Shown in pieces: positions 10,441 to 22,016 of a stretch of 64,000 nucleotides of DNA (the first letter of the stretch is position 1; each line of letters begins with the position of its first letter). Below the pieces are notes generated by a model that ran no database searches, was not told where the DNA came from, and worked only from the letters and a program-made list of their open reading frames with translations. The stretch covers positions 128,001 through 192,000 of the forward strand of contig JAZDQA010000005.1 in NCBI GenBank assembly GCA_043797085.1. The letters run 5' to 3'. The translations under genes and the position numbers were made by a program. The stretch comes from Pseudomonadota bacterium (GTDB taxonomy: Bacteria > Campylobacterota > Campylobacteria > Campylobacterales > Sulfurimonadaceae).

Positions 10441-10777
10441 CTTCCTTTCTTTTCCATAAGAAACGAAGCGAAAGAAAATAGTCATTTTCACGAATCGCAC
10501 GCGCGACTCCCGCACTGCTGCTTCGCACGCGGCTTATTAGGTACGTTTCAATGACGGGGATTATTGAAATAATGAGCTTTGGGCAAAGCCTTAGTAAATA
10601 TTTTAGAATGACTTGTTGAATTTTAAAGAGAGCATTCAAAAATAGCGATCAGAAGTTTGCTATTCGCGAAAATTTTGAAAATTCGGTGAGAGAGAAGATA
10701 CTGTCAACGAATAGCGCTAATGGACGTGAATGTCAAATCCATACCTTCCTTTCTTTTTCATAAGAAATGAAGCGAAA
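10441..10777 (+). repeat. Intergenic repeat mosaic: 33-bp direct repeats (10441-10473, 10745-10777) and a degenerate ~55-bp copy (10651-10706) of 9087-9141
   Basis: CTTCCTTTCTTTTyCATAAGAAAyGAAGCGAAA occurs twice with 2 mismatches; the AGAAGTTTGCTATT core recurs. Confidence 0.8.
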
Positions 10778-10896
10778 ACAAGGGAACCGCTTTTACATAG
10801 TAAAATGTTTCTGTGAAAGAAAATCCCCCTGATAATACAACACTTCCGATATTCTATACTGCCAATTAAAATTAAACACTGCTATTAATGAATAAA

Positions 10897-10905
10897 TGCT
10901 AAAAT
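10897..10905 (+). promoter_or_regulatory. Extended -10 promoter for slt-export-wzz
   Basis: TGCTAAAAT about 50 nt upstream of the start. Confidence 0.5.
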
Positions 10906-10953
10906 AGCATCAATTTTTTAGATATATTGAAATGAAAAACTTTTTAAAACAGG

Positions 10954-11556
10954 GTGTTGATGATTAAAATACTATTGGGGCTTTTGCTCGCAGTTTTATC
11001 ACTTTTTGCTACCCCTTATGACTCTATTTTCGAGAAAGCGGGTCGTGATTTTGGTATCGAATCCTCATTATTAAAGCGTATAGCGACGATTGAGAGTTCT
11101 CTGAACCCTCGTGCGATCAATCAAAACAAAAATGGTACGGTTGACATCGGGTTGATGCAGATTAATTCGATGCACATTCGAGGTCTTTCCAAGATCGGTG
11201 TCACGCGTGAAGCACTGTTTGATCCGGAGGTCAATGTGTATGTAGCTGCATTGCTACTCAGTTCTCATATACGCAAAAGAGGATATAATCTCCAAGCAAT
11301 CGGGTGTTATCACTCGGCGAATCCGGTGTTTAAAAATCAGTGGTTAAAACGCCTTGCGATGGTAAATGTACCGCAAGGCACCGTAAAGACGTCAAATACT
11401 GCTCAATCGGCAGTGTATGATGATCCGCGCAGCCGTTTTGCTCAACAGCAGTTATCGACCAAGACAGATCAAAAGATTGCGCAAGGGTTGAATCCAAAAC
11501 TCGCGTTGCGTGAAGCCAAAGCCGAAGTAGATCGGTTAATGGGCATAACAAATTAA
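10954..11556 (+). CDS. Lytic transglycosylase (SLT domain) with signal peptide
   Basis: IATIESS catalytic Glu, DIGLMQINS, AIGCYHS. Confidence 0.88.
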   Translation: MLMIKILLGLLLAVLSLFATPYDSIFEKAGRDFGIESSLLKRIATIESSLNPRAINQNKNGTVDIGLMQINSMHIRGLSKIGVTREALFDPEVNVYVAALLLSSHIRKRGYNLQAIGCYHSANPVFKNQWLKRLAMVNVPQGTVKTSNTAQSAVYDDPRSRFAQQQLSTKTDQKIAQGLNPKLALREAKAEVDRLMGITN

Positions 11557-11576
11557 ATTTCAATAAAAGAGAGAAA

Positions 11577-14330
11577 ATGATGGGAATCAAAAAAAGTTTA
11601 GTACATCTGATGATAGCAACTGTGTTGCTTTTGGGTAGTGAGAGCAGTGCTGATAATGCAGCTATCATCCAAGCAATCAAGGCGAATCCTGCTTTGCTTG
11701 ATTCTCCTCAAGCCAAAGCGATGATGCAAGATGCTAAGGTTCCCGTCGTAACGACACAGGCAAAAGTAGAAGTTCCTTTAAATGATGTAGTCCAAGAGAC
11801 TAAGGCAGAAGAGAAAGCCTCTGCTGAAACCTCTGTCGTTGATTCAAGTGGAAATGGGGATGTAAATTCTTTTTACCGTTCACCGCTTAGTCTCGAAAAA
11901 AATGACGATTACAGTAAGCGTCTCATTGCTCGTCAAATCAAAGAGAGTCCAAAAACTCTAAAGCGCTATGGTATCGAGTTCTTTAGAAATAAAAATGGAA
12001 TGGATTTAGCATCATTGCCGGTACCTGAGAACTATAAGCTGGTTCCAAAAGATGTTTTGAACGTTGTTTTGTATGGTCCGAAATCGGACAATATGAGTTT
12101 GACGATTGATAAAGACGGTACGGTGGTTATCCCATCTTTTGGTCCGCTTCAGATTGCAGGTCTCTCGTTCAGCGAAGCCAAAAAGACGATTTCAGATGCC
12201 CTTATAGCGGCGTATCCTAATGTCGGAGTGACCGTCAATATCTCTCAGTTTTCATCGATCCAAGTAACACTCGCAGGTGAAGTGGCTGTCCCCGGTATCT
12301 ATAATGTGAGTTCGTTTTCAACCATCAAAGAAGCGTTGATCTCAGCTGGCGGACTCTCTGCCAATGGTTCTATGCGTTCGGTGAGCATCAAGCGTCAAGG
12401 GCGTATTTACACAACCATAGACCTTTACTCTATTATCCGAGGAACGGGACGAAGTGATCCGCTGTTACGTGCCGGAGACATTATCATTGTCCCGATTATG
12501 GGCAAGAGTGTCATTATCGACGGAGATGTCAAACGACCTGCCATTTATGAAGCCAAACAAAATACCAGTATCGCTAATCTCATATCTTATGCGGGCGGAA
12601 TACAAGCCAGTGCAAGTAAGAACGACATACGTATCACACGATTTGAGAAGAATCAAGGGATAAAAATCTTTAATGTTTCGCTCTCAGAATCAGAAAAAAT
12701 GGTAGCACAGGATCAAGACAAAGTCTATGTTCATGATTTGGACAAGAGTAATCTACGGGGAATCACCCTCTATGGGAATGTGATTAAACCGGGATTTTGG
12801 CCACTGGCGAAAGAGGGGACTTCATTAAAAGAGTTTTTTGGACGTGAAATCTCTCACAATACTCTTCGCGGTGTATTTCTCGAAGATACGTATTTCGATT
12901 ATGCCATCATCAAACGGACCAATAGTAATCTCAAAGAGGAGTTGATCGGGTTTTCTCTGAGTGATGCTTTGTCGGGAAAAGAAAAAATCTTGCTCAAAAA
13001 TCGGGATGAATTGTATGTGCTAAATAGTTCAGCCGTAGCTCCGGCTCCTGTGGTGAAACTATCTGGTGAGTGTGTTTTAAAAGAGGGAGAGTACAAATTT
13101 TTTGATAAAATGACATTGGATGCGTTGTTGAGCACAGCGGGCTCGAAGTGTCTAATCGATAAACAAAAAGTGACGATTGTCTCTCGTGATAAAAAAACAT
13201 TGCGTCCCAGTGTCCGAGTGGCAGATGCATCGCATAATGCGCCTGTTTATTTAAATGAATTTGATGAGATTAGTGTTGTCGGATATTACACGACAAATCC
13301 AATCTATCAGGCGTCAATCGCGGGTGAAGTGTATAAATCAGGAAGTTATCCCATCGCTGACTCTGGTTTTACCATTCGAAATTTGATTCTGGCAGCGGGC
13401 GGAATGACGGATAAAGCAAGTAAGGATAAAATCGAGGTTGTTCGATATGAAATCATTAATGGCAAGCGTGAGCGTAAAGTTCTATCTCTGTCTCCTGATC
13501 TTGCTATGTCCGATAATTCACTTGCACTTTTGCCCTACGATGAAGTCACGGTCTTTAAAATACCGCAATGGAATGTAAGAAAATCGATTAAATTAGTAGG
13601 AAAAGTCAAATATCCCGCTGAATACGCTATCGAAGATGGTGAGACTCTTTCTGACGTACTAAAGCGTGCAGGCGGATTTACCAATAGTGCGTATGTTGAT
13701 GGAGCAGTATTTACGCGTGAAGAGTTAAAAGTTCGTCAGCGTGATGGGATGGAACGTCAAATAAAAGATCTTCAAAGTCGGGTCATGTACATTGCAACAC
13801 AACCTACTCAAGCAGGGGAGAATGCAGGGGATAAAACACAGTTGGTTACAATGCTGGGTTCCTTAAAAGAAGAAGTTCGAAACACACCGTATGTCGGTCG
13901 TTTATCGGTTCATTTGAAGAGTGATTTAAGTAAATTTGAGGGGAGTAATTCGGATATTTTACTTAAAAATGGGGATGTACTTTATGTGCCTGAACGTGAA
14001 GACAGTGTTGTAATCCAAGGTGAAGTTCTTAACCCTAATGCGGTTGTTTACAGTTCTGCAATGTCGGTAAGCGATTATCTCGAAAAATCTGGTGGTCTAA
14101 AAGAGAGTGCGGATGAGAGTAATATTTTCGTTGTTCACAGTAACGGCGAAGCAGAACCATATAAAAGTGGATTTTTTGCCTCGAATGTAGTCGTAGGACC
14201 GGGGGATGTTATCGTTGTTCCAATGTATATCAACACCTACAGCGGGATGCAATTTGCCAAAGATATTACGGCAATTTTATATCAGTTGGCAGTTTCGGCA
14301 GCAGCACTTACGACCATCGGAGCGCTGTAA
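11577..14330 (+). CDS. Polysaccharide export protein with Poly_export and multiple SLBB domains (Wza/KpsD-like)
   Basis: Repeated GEV..PG.Y / AGG SLBB units; signal peptide. Confidence 0.88.
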   Translation: MMGIKKSLVHLMIATVLLLGSESSADNAAIIQAIKANPALLDSPQAKAMMQDAKVPVVTTQAKVEVPLNDVVQETKAEEKASAETSVVDSSGNGDVNSFYRSPLSLEKNDDYSKRLIARQIKESPKTLKRYGIEFFRNKNGMDLASLPVPENYKLVPKDVLNVVLYGPKSDNMSLTIDKDGTVVIPSFGPLQIAGLSFSEAKKTISDALIAAYPNVGVTVNISQFSSIQVTLAGEVAVPGIYNVSSFSTIKEALISAGGLSANGSMRSVSIKRQGRIYTTIDLYSIIRGTGRSDPLLRAGDIIIVPIMGKSVIIDGDVKRPAIYEAKQNTSIANLISYAGGIQASASKNDIRITRFEKNQGIKIFNVSLSESEKMVAQDQDKVYVHDLDKSNLRGITLYGNVIKPGFWPLAKEGTSLKEFFGREISHNTLRGVFLEDTYFDYAIIKRTNSNLKEELIGFSLSDALSGKEKILLKNRDELYVLNSSAVAPAPVVKLSGECVLKEGEYKFFDKMTLDALLSTAGSKCLIDKQKVTIVSRDKKTLRPSVRVADASHNAPVYLNEFDEISVVGYYTTNPIYQASIAGEVYKSGSYPIADSGFTIRNLILAAGGMTDKASKDKIEVVRYEIINGKRERKVLSLSPDLAMSDNSLALLPYDEVTVFKIPQWNVRKSIKLVGKVKYPAEYAIEDGETLSDVLKRAGGFTNSAYVDGAVFTREELKVRQRDGMERQIKDLQSRVMYIATQPTQAGENAGDKTQLVTMLGSLKEEVRNTPYVGRLSVHLKSDLSKFEGSNSDILLKNGDVLYVPEREDSVVIQGEVLNPNAVVYSSAMSVSDYLEKSGGLKESADESNIFVVHSNGEAEPYKSGFFASNVVVGPGDVIVVPMYINTYSGMQFAKDITAILYQLAVSAAALTTIGAL

Positions 14331-15268
14331 TGCAAGAAAATATTTCCCAAAGTGTGATCCAAGAAGACGAGATCGACCTGCGCGAACTGGCTGCGACAAT
14401 CGGTAAGCATAAGTTTAAGCTCATCGGATTTACCTTGGTTGTTACGGCTATGAGTGTGCTATGGACATTGAGTAAACCTAATATTTACCATTCTCAAGCA
14501 GTGTTGGTGCCACAAGTGGAATCTAAATCGTCGATGGGCGGTTTGGGTGCATTAGCCGGATTAGCGGGAGTCGATTTGGGCGGGGGGGAGATGCTGCCCG
14601 ATAGTGCATATCAACTGTATTTGGATGATTATCAGTGGATGCGGAATTTTTTACTCCAATCAAAACTATTTGAACGCCTTAATGCAGAAGATGCAGATAA
14701 AAATTACCGTTTTGTACTGGGAATAGATACCTTTTACCGTCTTAAGAAAGGTTCTCCCAATGAGGATTCTGAAGCAATGAGTCCGGATAAAAAAGAGAAG
14801 AAACTCTTTGCGACGTATCAAGACATTAAAAGCAAGTTCTCTATTTCGAGTGATAAAAAAACCTCGGTTATAACACTCGGGTTCAGTGATTCAGATCCTG
14901 TTTTAGCTAAAGATACCGTTTCGTTGTTTTTGAAATATGCGTCAAACTCGCTTCGGACGAATGAACTAAGTGACATGGAGAAAAAAATTGCGTACTATGA
15001 TCAGGAACTTCAAAAAACCAATGATCTTTCACTGAAAACCCAACTCAGTCAGCTAATGTCGGCATTGATCCAAAAAAAGGTTTTAGCGCAATCAAGCGAG
15101 TTTTATAATGTAAAGATGGTTACTGCTCCCAGTGTCGCCTATGAAGGAGACAAAGAGGGACCTAAGAGAGGGCTGATTGTTGCTGTTTCAATGATTACTT
15201 CGTTGATCATTGGTATTTTTGGAATCTTTTTTATAGAGTTTATTCGTAGTAAAAAAGAAGATGAATAG
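14330..15268 (+). CDS. wzz: Wzz chain-length determinant
   Basis: EDEIDLREL N-terminus, two TM helices, GPKRGLIV C-terminal motif. Confidence 0.88.
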   Translation: MQENISQSVIQEDEIDLRELAATIGKHKFKLIGFTLVVTAMSVLWTLSKPNIYHSQAVLVPQVESKSSMGGLGALAGLAGVDLGGGEMLPDSAYQLYLDDYQWMRNFLLQSKLFERLNAEDADKNYRFVLGIDTFYRLKKGSPNEDSEAMSPDKKEKKLFATYQDIKSKFSISSDKKTSVITLGFSDSDPVLAKDTVSLFLKYASNSLRTNELSDMEKKIAYYDQELQKTNDLSLKTQLSQLMSALIQKKVLAQSSEFYNVKMVTAPSVAYEGDKEGPKRGLIVAVSMITSLIIGIFGIFFIEFIRSKKEDE

Positions 15269-15326
15269 CTAAAATCAAGCATTTTTACGCTATAATCAGC
15301 CAATTTTTAGTTACAAGGGAATAGGC

Positions 15327-16982
15327 ATGGCGTTCGATAACGAAGCGTATGAAGAAGAAAATTTTGCTGAAATGCTGGAGGCATCGTTCAAAGAGCAAGA
15401 ATCCACTCGCATTACAGAAGGTGAAGTTGTAGAGATCCAAGAGAGTGATAACCGCGCATTGGTCGGCGTTGGTGAGAAACTAGAGGGGATCTTGCCACTC
15501 GATGAGATTCGTGATGCAGAGGGAAAACTCCTCTTCAACGTTGGTGATAAAATCACCGTTATGGTCATAGGACATTACAATGAGCGTCCTAAAATTTCAT
15601 ATAAAAAAGTGCTTGAACAAGAGAAAACACTAGCATTTATCAATCTTCACAAAGAAGATTTTGAGTCGGTTGTTATCGAAGCACTGGTTACAAAGAAAAA
15701 CAAGGGTGGCTATTTGCTTGAAGCAGATGATGTCCATTTCTTCCTTCCTCGCTCACTTGCAGCGTTCAAAGATACCGATCAAGTCGTTGGTAAAACGATT
15801 AAAGCACAAGTGGTCAAAGTTGATCCTGCTGAAGCATCGATTGTTGTATCACGCCGCAAGCTTTTCAATGATGAACGCAAACGTAAAAAAGAAGTGATTG
15901 ATGCATTGATGGAAGAGGGTAAAATCATCCAAGGTACTGTCAAAAAAATCACAAGCTATGGAATGTTTGTTGATGTTGGCGGGATTGATGGTTTGGTTCA
16001 TTACAATGAAATCAGCTACAAAGGTCCCGTCAATCCGTCAAAACTTTATAAAGAAGGCGATGTTGTAACCGTAAAAGCGATTGCATACGATAAAGACAAG
16101 CGTCATTTATCTCTTTCAATCAAAGCAGTTCAATCGGATCCATGGAGAGAAGTTGAAGAAGCATTGGAAGAGGGCGATACTATTACGGTTACCGTTAGCA
16201 ACATCGAGCCATACGGTATTTTCGTTGATCTTGGAAATGACATCGAAGGCTTCTTGCACGTTTCAGAAATCACATGGGACAAAAATATTAAACATCCTAA
16301 AGATTATTTGACTCTTGGTCAAGAAATTGACGTTGAAGTTATCGAAATCAACTCTAACACACATAAATTACGTGTATCGTACAAGCGTCTTCAGCCAAAA
16401 CCGTTTGAAGAGTTTATGCGTACATCACGTGAAGGCGATATTGTCAAAGGAACTGTTACATCATTGACCGATTTTGGTGCTTTCATCAAAGTTGGCGGTG
16501 TAGAGGGATTGTTGCACAATCAAGATCTTTCATGGGATAAAAATGCCAAATGTAAAGAGACTCTTAAAGTCGGTGATGAAATCGAAGTAAAAATCGCAAA
16601 AATCAATACCGAAGATGAAAAAATTTCTTTGAATCGTAAAGCACTCGAAGAGAGCCCAATCGACAAATTTGCTGCTAATCATAAAATGAACGAAGTGTTA
16701 AGCGCAACGGTTCGTGACGTAAAAGATTTCGGTGTATTTGTTTCATTAGAGGGTGGTGTTGATGCTCTTATCCGTAATGAAGACCTTTTACCATTGACTC
16801 CGGAAGAGCTTACTATCGGTCAAGTGATTGAAGCGGTTGTTATGGTTATTGATGCTAAGCGTGATCGTATCCGTCTTTCGGTACGTAAACTAGAGCGTAT
16901 CAAAGATCAAGAAATGCTCAACGAGATTAATGACGATGAGTCAAACAGTCTTGGTGATTTGATTAAAGATCAATTGAAATAA
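15327..16982 (+). CDS. rpsA: 30S ribosomal protein S1
   Basis: Multiple S1 repeats (YGMFVDVGGIDGLVH, FGAFIKVGGVEGLLH). Confidence 0.97.
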   Translation: MAFDNEAYEEENFAEMLEASFKEQESTRITEGEVVEIQESDNRALVGVGEKLEGILPLDEIRDAEGKLLFNVGDKITVMVIGHYNERPKISYKKVLEQEKTLAFINLHKEDFESVVIEALVTKKNKGGYLLEADDVHFFLPRSLAAFKDTDQVVGKTIKAQVVKVDPAEASIVVSRRKLFNDERKRKKEVIDALMEEGKIIQGTVKKITSYGMFVDVGGIDGLVHYNEISYKGPVNPSKLYKEGDVVTVKAIAYDKDKRHLSLSIKAVQSDPWREVEEALEEGDTITVTVSNIEPYGIFVDLGNDIEGFLHVSEITWDKNIKHPKDYLTLGQEIDVEVIEINSNTHKLRVSYKRLQPKPFEEFMRTSREGDIVKGTVTSLTDFGAFIKVGGVEGLLHNQDLSWDKNAKCKETLKVGDEIEVKIAKINTEDEKISLNRKALEESPIDKFAANHKMNEVLSATVRDVKDFGVFVSLEGGVDALIRNEDLLPLTPEELTIGQVIEAVVMVIDAKRDRIRLSVRKLERIKDQEMLNEINDDESNSLGDLIKDQLK

Positions 16983-16986
16983 AGAT

Positions 16987-17463
16987 ATGCGAAAAGCAGC
17001 ATACTGGCTATTTCCGTTAATAGCCATTTTCGTTGCTGTATTTATTGTTGTCTTTATGATCCAAATCAATCCGACTCCTTCAGCGATTGCGCAGGAGAGC
17101 GACTCTCATAAAAATTCTGATGAGACGAACGTGAGTTCATCTAGTTGGATGAATGGATTGCATTTAACAAAAGAGAAAGAGTATTCCTATCCGATTAACG
17201 AAGTGGTTATCGAAATGGATGCTCAATCAAGCGTAGCAAAATCTCATAAGTATCATTTAACGGTACTTTTGAAGGATTCGTATGAGTTCTTTTGTTTGAA
17301 ACAAGAGCTTAAAAATACGGATCTTTCCTATCTTTTAAATCAAGAGGGAAGCGCAATGAGTGTTGATATTGACTCAGATGATTACAATGCACTCGCAAAT
17401 CTCCTCTTAAAACTAAAAACCTATCAAATTTCGGCGACACTTTCGCCGCTCAAAGAGGACTAA
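16987..17463 (+). CDS. Conserved membrane-anchored periplasmic hypothetical protein
   Basis: N-terminal TM helix; YEFFCLKQEL motif; lies between rpsA and serA as in Campylobacterota. Confidence 0.65.
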   Translation: MRKAAYWLFPLIAIFVAVFIVVFMIQINPTPSAIAQESDSHKNSDETNVSSSSWMNGLHLTKEKEYSYPINEVVIEMDAQSSVAKSHKYHLTVLLKDSYEFFCLKQELKNTDLSYLLNQEGSAMSVDIDSDDYNALANLLLKLKTYQISATLSPLKED

Positions 17464-17467
17464 TCCA

Positions 17468-19057
17468 ATGGAAAAATTTAAAATTGTCGTTTGTGATCAT
17501 ATTCACGAAGAGGGTTTAAATCTTCTTCGTAATGACGATAAAATTGAAATGATTTTTGCTGCTGACATGGACAAAACAGCATTACTTGATGTCATTGCGA
17601 CAGCGGATGTTGCTATTACTCGAAGTTCAACCGATGTGGATGATAAATTTATCCAAGCAGCTCGCGGCAAACTCAAAGCAGTCGTTCGCGCAGGTGTGGG
17701 CGTTGATAATGTAGACATTCCGGGATGCTCAAAAGAGGGTATTATCGTTATGAACGTTCCTACAGCAAATACGATTGCAGCGGTTGAGCTAACGATGACT
17801 CACATGCTCTCATGCATGCGTATGTTCCCGTATTCTCATGATCACCTCAAAAACCAGCGGGTTTGGAAGCGTGAAAAATGGTACGGGTATGAGCTAAAAG
17901 GTAAAAAACTGGGTGTTATCGGTTTCGGTAACATCGGAAGCCGTGTCGGTATCCGCTCTAAAGCATTTGAGATGGATGTTATCGCGTATGACCCATACAT
18001 TCACCCATCCAAAGCAACCGATGCCGGTGCTAAATACACCACGAATTTTGAAGATATTTTGGCGTGCGATATTATCACGATTCATACGCCAAAAAACAAA
18101 GAAACAGTTGGAATGATCGGTGCGGATGAAATCGCAAAAATGAAAGACGGTGTGGTTTTAATCAACTGTGCGCGCGGTGGATTGTACAGCGAAGATGCTC
18201 TTTATGACGGTTTAAAATCAGGAAAAATCCGTTTTGCCGGTATCGATGTATTTGACAAAGAACCTGCAACGGATAACAAGCTTTTGGATTTGGATAACAT
18301 CTGTGTCTCTCCGCATTTGGGTGCAAATACGTTTGAATCTCAGTTGGGGATTGCTCTTGAAGCAGCGCAACAAGCGATTGAAGCGGCAAAAGGAATCGCG
18401 TATCCTCATGCACTTAATCTTCCGATCGATGAGTCTAAAATACCTTCTTTTGTTAAACCGTTCCTCGAAATGGGACAAAAAATCGGCTTTTTAGCGTCTC
18501 AGATCAATCGTGCTCCAATCGTTTCAATCAAAGTAAGCGGACGCGGTGATATTGCTCAATACGTCACATCTTTGGCTACTTTTGTAACCGTTGGTGCGTT
18601 GGCAGAGACATCAGGTGAAACGATCAACTACGTAAATGCTGATTTCGTTGCTGCTGAACGTAACATCAAAATCGATACGGAAGAACTTCCTGAAAGTCCG
18701 GTGTATAAAAACTTGGTAACCGTTCGTTTGACGACCGATAAAGACGTTATCGAAATCAGCGCAACGATGTTTAACGATGATGTGCAGCGCATTGTTGACA
18801 TCAATGGTTTTGGTGTTGATGTTGAACCAAAAGGAAATATGATCCTTTTCAAAAATACGGATGTACCGGGTGTTATCGGACAAGTCGGCACATTGCTTGC
18901 TGCGCATGAAGTGAACATCGCTGATTTCCGTCTCGGGCGCAATAAAAGCAAAGAAGCATTGGCGGTTATCATCGTTGATTCTCCTGTCAGTGAAAAAACA
19001 CTTAAAGAACTTTCTGCACTAAACGCATGTATTAGCGTCTCTTACGCACGAATTTAG
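17468..19057 (+). CDS. serA: D-3-phosphoglycerate dehydrogenase
   Basis: RAGVGVDNVD, GFGNIG, NCARGG, PHLGA, C-terminal ACT domain. Confidence 0.96.
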   Translation: MEKFKIVVCDHIHEEGLNLLRNDDKIEMIFAADMDKTALLDVIATADVAITRSSTDVDDKFIQAARGKLKAVVRAGVGVDNVDIPGCSKEGIIVMNVPTANTIAAVELTMTHMLSCMRMFPYSHDHLKNQRVWKREKWYGYELKGKKLGVIGFGNIGSRVGIRSKAFEMDVIAYDPYIHPSKATDAGAKYTTNFEDILACDIITIHTPKNKETVGMIGADEIAKMKDGVVLINCARGGLYSEDALYDGLKSGKIRFAGIDVFDKEPATDNKLLDLDNICVSPHLGANTFESQLGIALEAAQQAIEAAKGIAYPHALNLPIDESKIPSFVKPFLEMGQKIGFLASQINRAPIVSIKVSGRGDIAQYVTSLATFVTVGALAETSGETINYVNADFVAAERNIKIDTEELPESPVYKNLVTVRLTTDKDVIEISATMFNDDVQRIVDINGFGVDVEPKGNMILFKNTDVPGVIGQVGTLLAAHEVNIADFRLGRNKSKEALAVIIVDSPVSEKTLKELSALNACISVSYARI

Positions 19058-19072
19058 GTTTTTGCAGCGACG

Positions 19073-22003
19073 ATGAACACAGAAGAGATAGGGGCACTTT
19101 TACAGGATAAAAGCAAGCTCCTCTCTGAAACGTATTTCGAGCTTCAGCGTGCTTGTGAAGCCAAATATGGACCCGATACCCTCGTCATCATCGAAATAGG
19201 CTCTTTTTTTGAAGTCTATGAGGTCAATAATGAGTTTATGAAAATTGGCAAAGCGAAAGAAGTTGCTGAATTTCTGAACATCCAGCTCACCCGTAAAAAT
19301 AAAACCATACTTGAAAACTCTCTCCAAAATCCTCTTTTAGCCGGTGTTCCCAGTGTTTCCATCGAACGCTATCTTAGCCGTTTGGTTCAGTCGAAAAAAT
19401 ATACGATTGTTCTTGTACGTCAGCAAGGCGAACCTCCTCATGTTCGTCGTTACATCTCAAATATCATCTCTCCCGGTACAAATTTTGATTACATTGCCGA
19501 ACCCAGCGAAAACTACATCGCCTCGTTACTAATCGATCAAAACAACGGGGTGTATTCGGTTGGTTATTCGGCTATTGATGTTGGTACTGGAAAAACGCTT
19601 ATCAATGAGATACATGGGTCACGAGAGGATAAAACGTATGCACTGGATGAAGTATTTAGTCTCTTACAAAGTTATCAAACTTCAGAAGTGGTGGTGACGT
19701 TTTGTGACTCACAGATCGATGAAGAGGAAGTCAATCGCTATTTAGAGCTTAAAAGCCATCACCGAAGCATTAAAAACGAAAAGCGGCTTCGTATTGATTA
19801 CCAAAATGAACTGTTTGGGCGAATTTATCAAATCCGTTCTCTTTTAAGTCCGATAGAATATCTCGATATGGAACGGTATGCGTATACGTCGGAATCGTTG
19901 GCGGTGTTGATTCATACGATCATCGATCATGACCCTGCTATCATCGAAAAGATGAACCGACCGACGTTTTTGGGAACAAACCGTTATATGTATTTGGGGA
20001 ATAACGCATGTGAACAGTTGGGAATAATTTCACGTGATCACGATGAGATGACGGTGCTCAAACTCATCGATAAAACCTCTACGGCGATGGGGAAACGGCT
20101 GTTACGCGAGCGGCTTTTAAATCCTATTTGTGATGCTAAACTTCTCGAAGAGCGGTATGATTTGATCGAAAAGATGACCGATCACATTTCCCCACTGGAG
20201 AGCAAGCTCAAAGAAGTCTATGATTTGGAGCGAATCTTGCGTCGTCTGAAACTGGGGAAGCTTCATCCCTACGAGTTAGCGTATTTTCACGCTTCGTTAT
20301 GTGCTGCTGAGAGGTTGTTTACGGATGCGGATATGCTTGGAATCAGCTATGATAAAGCCAGTGCGCAAGAGTGTGCATTATGTGCATCGGAGCTGCGACG
20401 AATTTTTGTCATCGAAGCATGTGCTAAATTTCGGCGAGATCAGGTGGATGTTAATCTTTTTAACGAGGGTATTGATCCTGCTATCGATGCACTTGAACGA
20501 CTTCAAAATACCAATGAGCTTAAGTTGCAAAGCATCATCGAACACATCGATACATTTTTCGATAACGGCAGCGGCTATGCCTCTATCGGATGGCTGGAGA
20601 GTGAGGGGTATCACCTGCTGATGACCCGTAACCGTTATGTGAGCATTGAAGAAAATCTCCATAACAGCTTTTTTACGTTAGAGGGGAAGCACCATTTTTT
20701 CCGCGATTTTCAGATACGAAAACTCAAAACAACCGTCAAACTTTCCTCTGCGTTGCTGGATGAACTCTCTATCGAAAATGCGGGGGCAAAATCGAGAATG
20801 CTTGCCCAAGTACGCGAACGCTATCAAGAGCATTTGGAAGGGTTTGAAAAGAGATTTTCGCACTCCATCGAGCATCTTATCTCTTTTTTGGCGGTGGTGG
20901 ATGTTTCACTGAGCGGTGCCAAGTGTGCCATGCAGTATCGATATGTTCGTCCCCAAATCGTTTATGATGTCCCTAAGGCATTTATCGAAACGGTAGGATT
21001 GCGTCATCCGCTCATCGAATCGCGAGAAGAGAACGGTATTTTTATCCCCAATGATCTTTTTTTGGGGTCTATCGAACAAAAAAGTTTCGAGGAGCATACG
21101 ACGATTGAGGCATCAAAGGGAGAAGATGTTAAAGGGGTGCTTCTCTATGGGATTAACTCCAGCGGAAAGTCCTCATTGATGAAAAGTATCGGCTTGGCAG
21201 TGGTGATGGCACAGGCGGGATTTTTTGTTCCGTGTGCGATGATGCGATTTTCTCCCATCGATAAGTTACTGACTCGTATCGTCTCCAAAGACAATCTCTA
21301 CAAAGGACTTTCGACGTTTGCGGTGGAGATGCTCGAACTACGGAATATTTTTAACCGTGCGACGGAAAATACCCTGATTTTAGGAGATGAAATCAGTCAT
21401 GGTACAGAGACAGAATCAGCATTGGCTATTGTTGCCAGTGCAATTTTAAGGCTCAAAGAGTTAGGAAGTTTGTTCATTTTTGCAACGCATTTACATCAGC
21501 TCTCATCACTTAGCGAGATCGAAAAAGCCAAAGGGATTGTATTGCTTCATTTGGGTGTTTATTACGATGAAGCCAGTGACAAACTGGTGTATGACCGTAA
21601 ACTAAAAAGCGGAAGCGGAAGCACTCTGTATGGACTGGAATTCGCAAAATCCCTCCACATGGACGAAACCTTTATCCAAAAAGCATACGAAATCCGTGGA
21701 CGTATTAGGGATAATGGTCACGATGCTTCGTTGCTAAAACGAAACAAAAAGAGCCGCTACAACAGCAAGCTGTATCTGACAAAATGTGCACTGTGTGATG
21801 AAGCGGTCGATGAAGTGCATCATATTATCCCACAAGCGAATGCAGATGAGGGCGGTTCAATCGGACATTTCGGGATGAATCATCGCTATAACTTGATCCC
21901 ATTGTGCGCCAATCATCACCGCCTCGTTCATGAAGGGAAAATCGCCATTCACGGATTTGTGATGAGCGAAGAGGGATTACGGCTTAGTTATTCACAAACC
22001 TAA
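19073..22003 (+). CDS. MutS family protein with C-terminal HNH endonuclease (MutS7-like)
   Basis: GSFFEVY mismatch motif, GINSSGKS Walker A, STFAVEM, DEISHGT; C-terminal CxxC..VHH..N..LCxxHH..VH. Confidence 0.88.
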   Translation: MNTEEIGALLQDKSKLLSETYFELQRACEAKYGPDTLVIIEIGSFFEVYEVNNEFMKIGKAKEVAEFLNIQLTRKNKTILENSLQNPLLAGVPSVSIERYLSRLVQSKKYTIVLVRQQGEPPHVRRYISNIISPGTNFDYIAEPSENYIASLLIDQNNGVYSVGYSAIDVGTGKTLINEIHGSREDKTYALDEVFSLLQSYQTSEVVVTFCDSQIDEEEVNRYLELKSHHRSIKNEKRLRIDYQNELFGRIYQIRSLLSPIEYLDMERYAYTSESLAVLIHTIIDHDPAIIEKMNRPTFLGTNRYMYLGNNACEQLGIISRDHDEMTVLKLIDKTSTAMGKRLLRERLLNPICDAKLLEERYDLIEKMTDHISPLESKLKEVYDLERILRRLKLGKLHPYELAYFHASLCAAERLFTDADMLGISYDKASAQECALCASELRRIFVIEACAKFRRDQVDVNLFNEGIDPAIDALERLQNTNELKLQSIIEHIDTFFDNGSGYASIGWLESEGYHLLMTRNRYVSIEENLHNSFFTLEGKHHFFRDFQIRKLKTTVKLSSALLDELSIENAGAKSRMLAQVRERYQEHLEGFEKRFSHSIEHLISFLAVVDVSLSGAKCAMQYRYVRPQIVYDVPKAFIETVGLRHPLIESREENGIFIPNDLFLGSIEQKSFEEHTTIEASKGEDVKGVLLYGINSSGKSSLMKSIGLAVVMAQAGFFVPCAMMRFSPIDKLLTRIVSKDNLYKGLSTFAVEMLELRNIFNRATENTLILGDEISHGTETESALAIVASAILRLKELGSLFIFATHLHQLSSLSEIEKAKGIVLLHLGVYYDEASDKLVYDRKLKSGSGSTLYGLEFAKSLHMDETFIQKAYEIRGRIRDNGHDASLLKRNKKSRYNSKLYLTKCALCDEAVDEVHHIIPQANADEGGSIGHFGMNHRYNLIPLCANHHRLVHEGKIAIHGFVMSEEGLRLSYSQT

Positions 22004-22016
22004 AGGGATACCTCCA

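Noticed and set aside
10430..10639. 69-aa minus-strand ORF in the repeat mosaic
   Set aside because: Built partly from repeat sequence with no recognisable family.
9087..10777. CRISPR array
   Set aside because: The repeats are irregularly spaced and of mixed length, with no cas genes.
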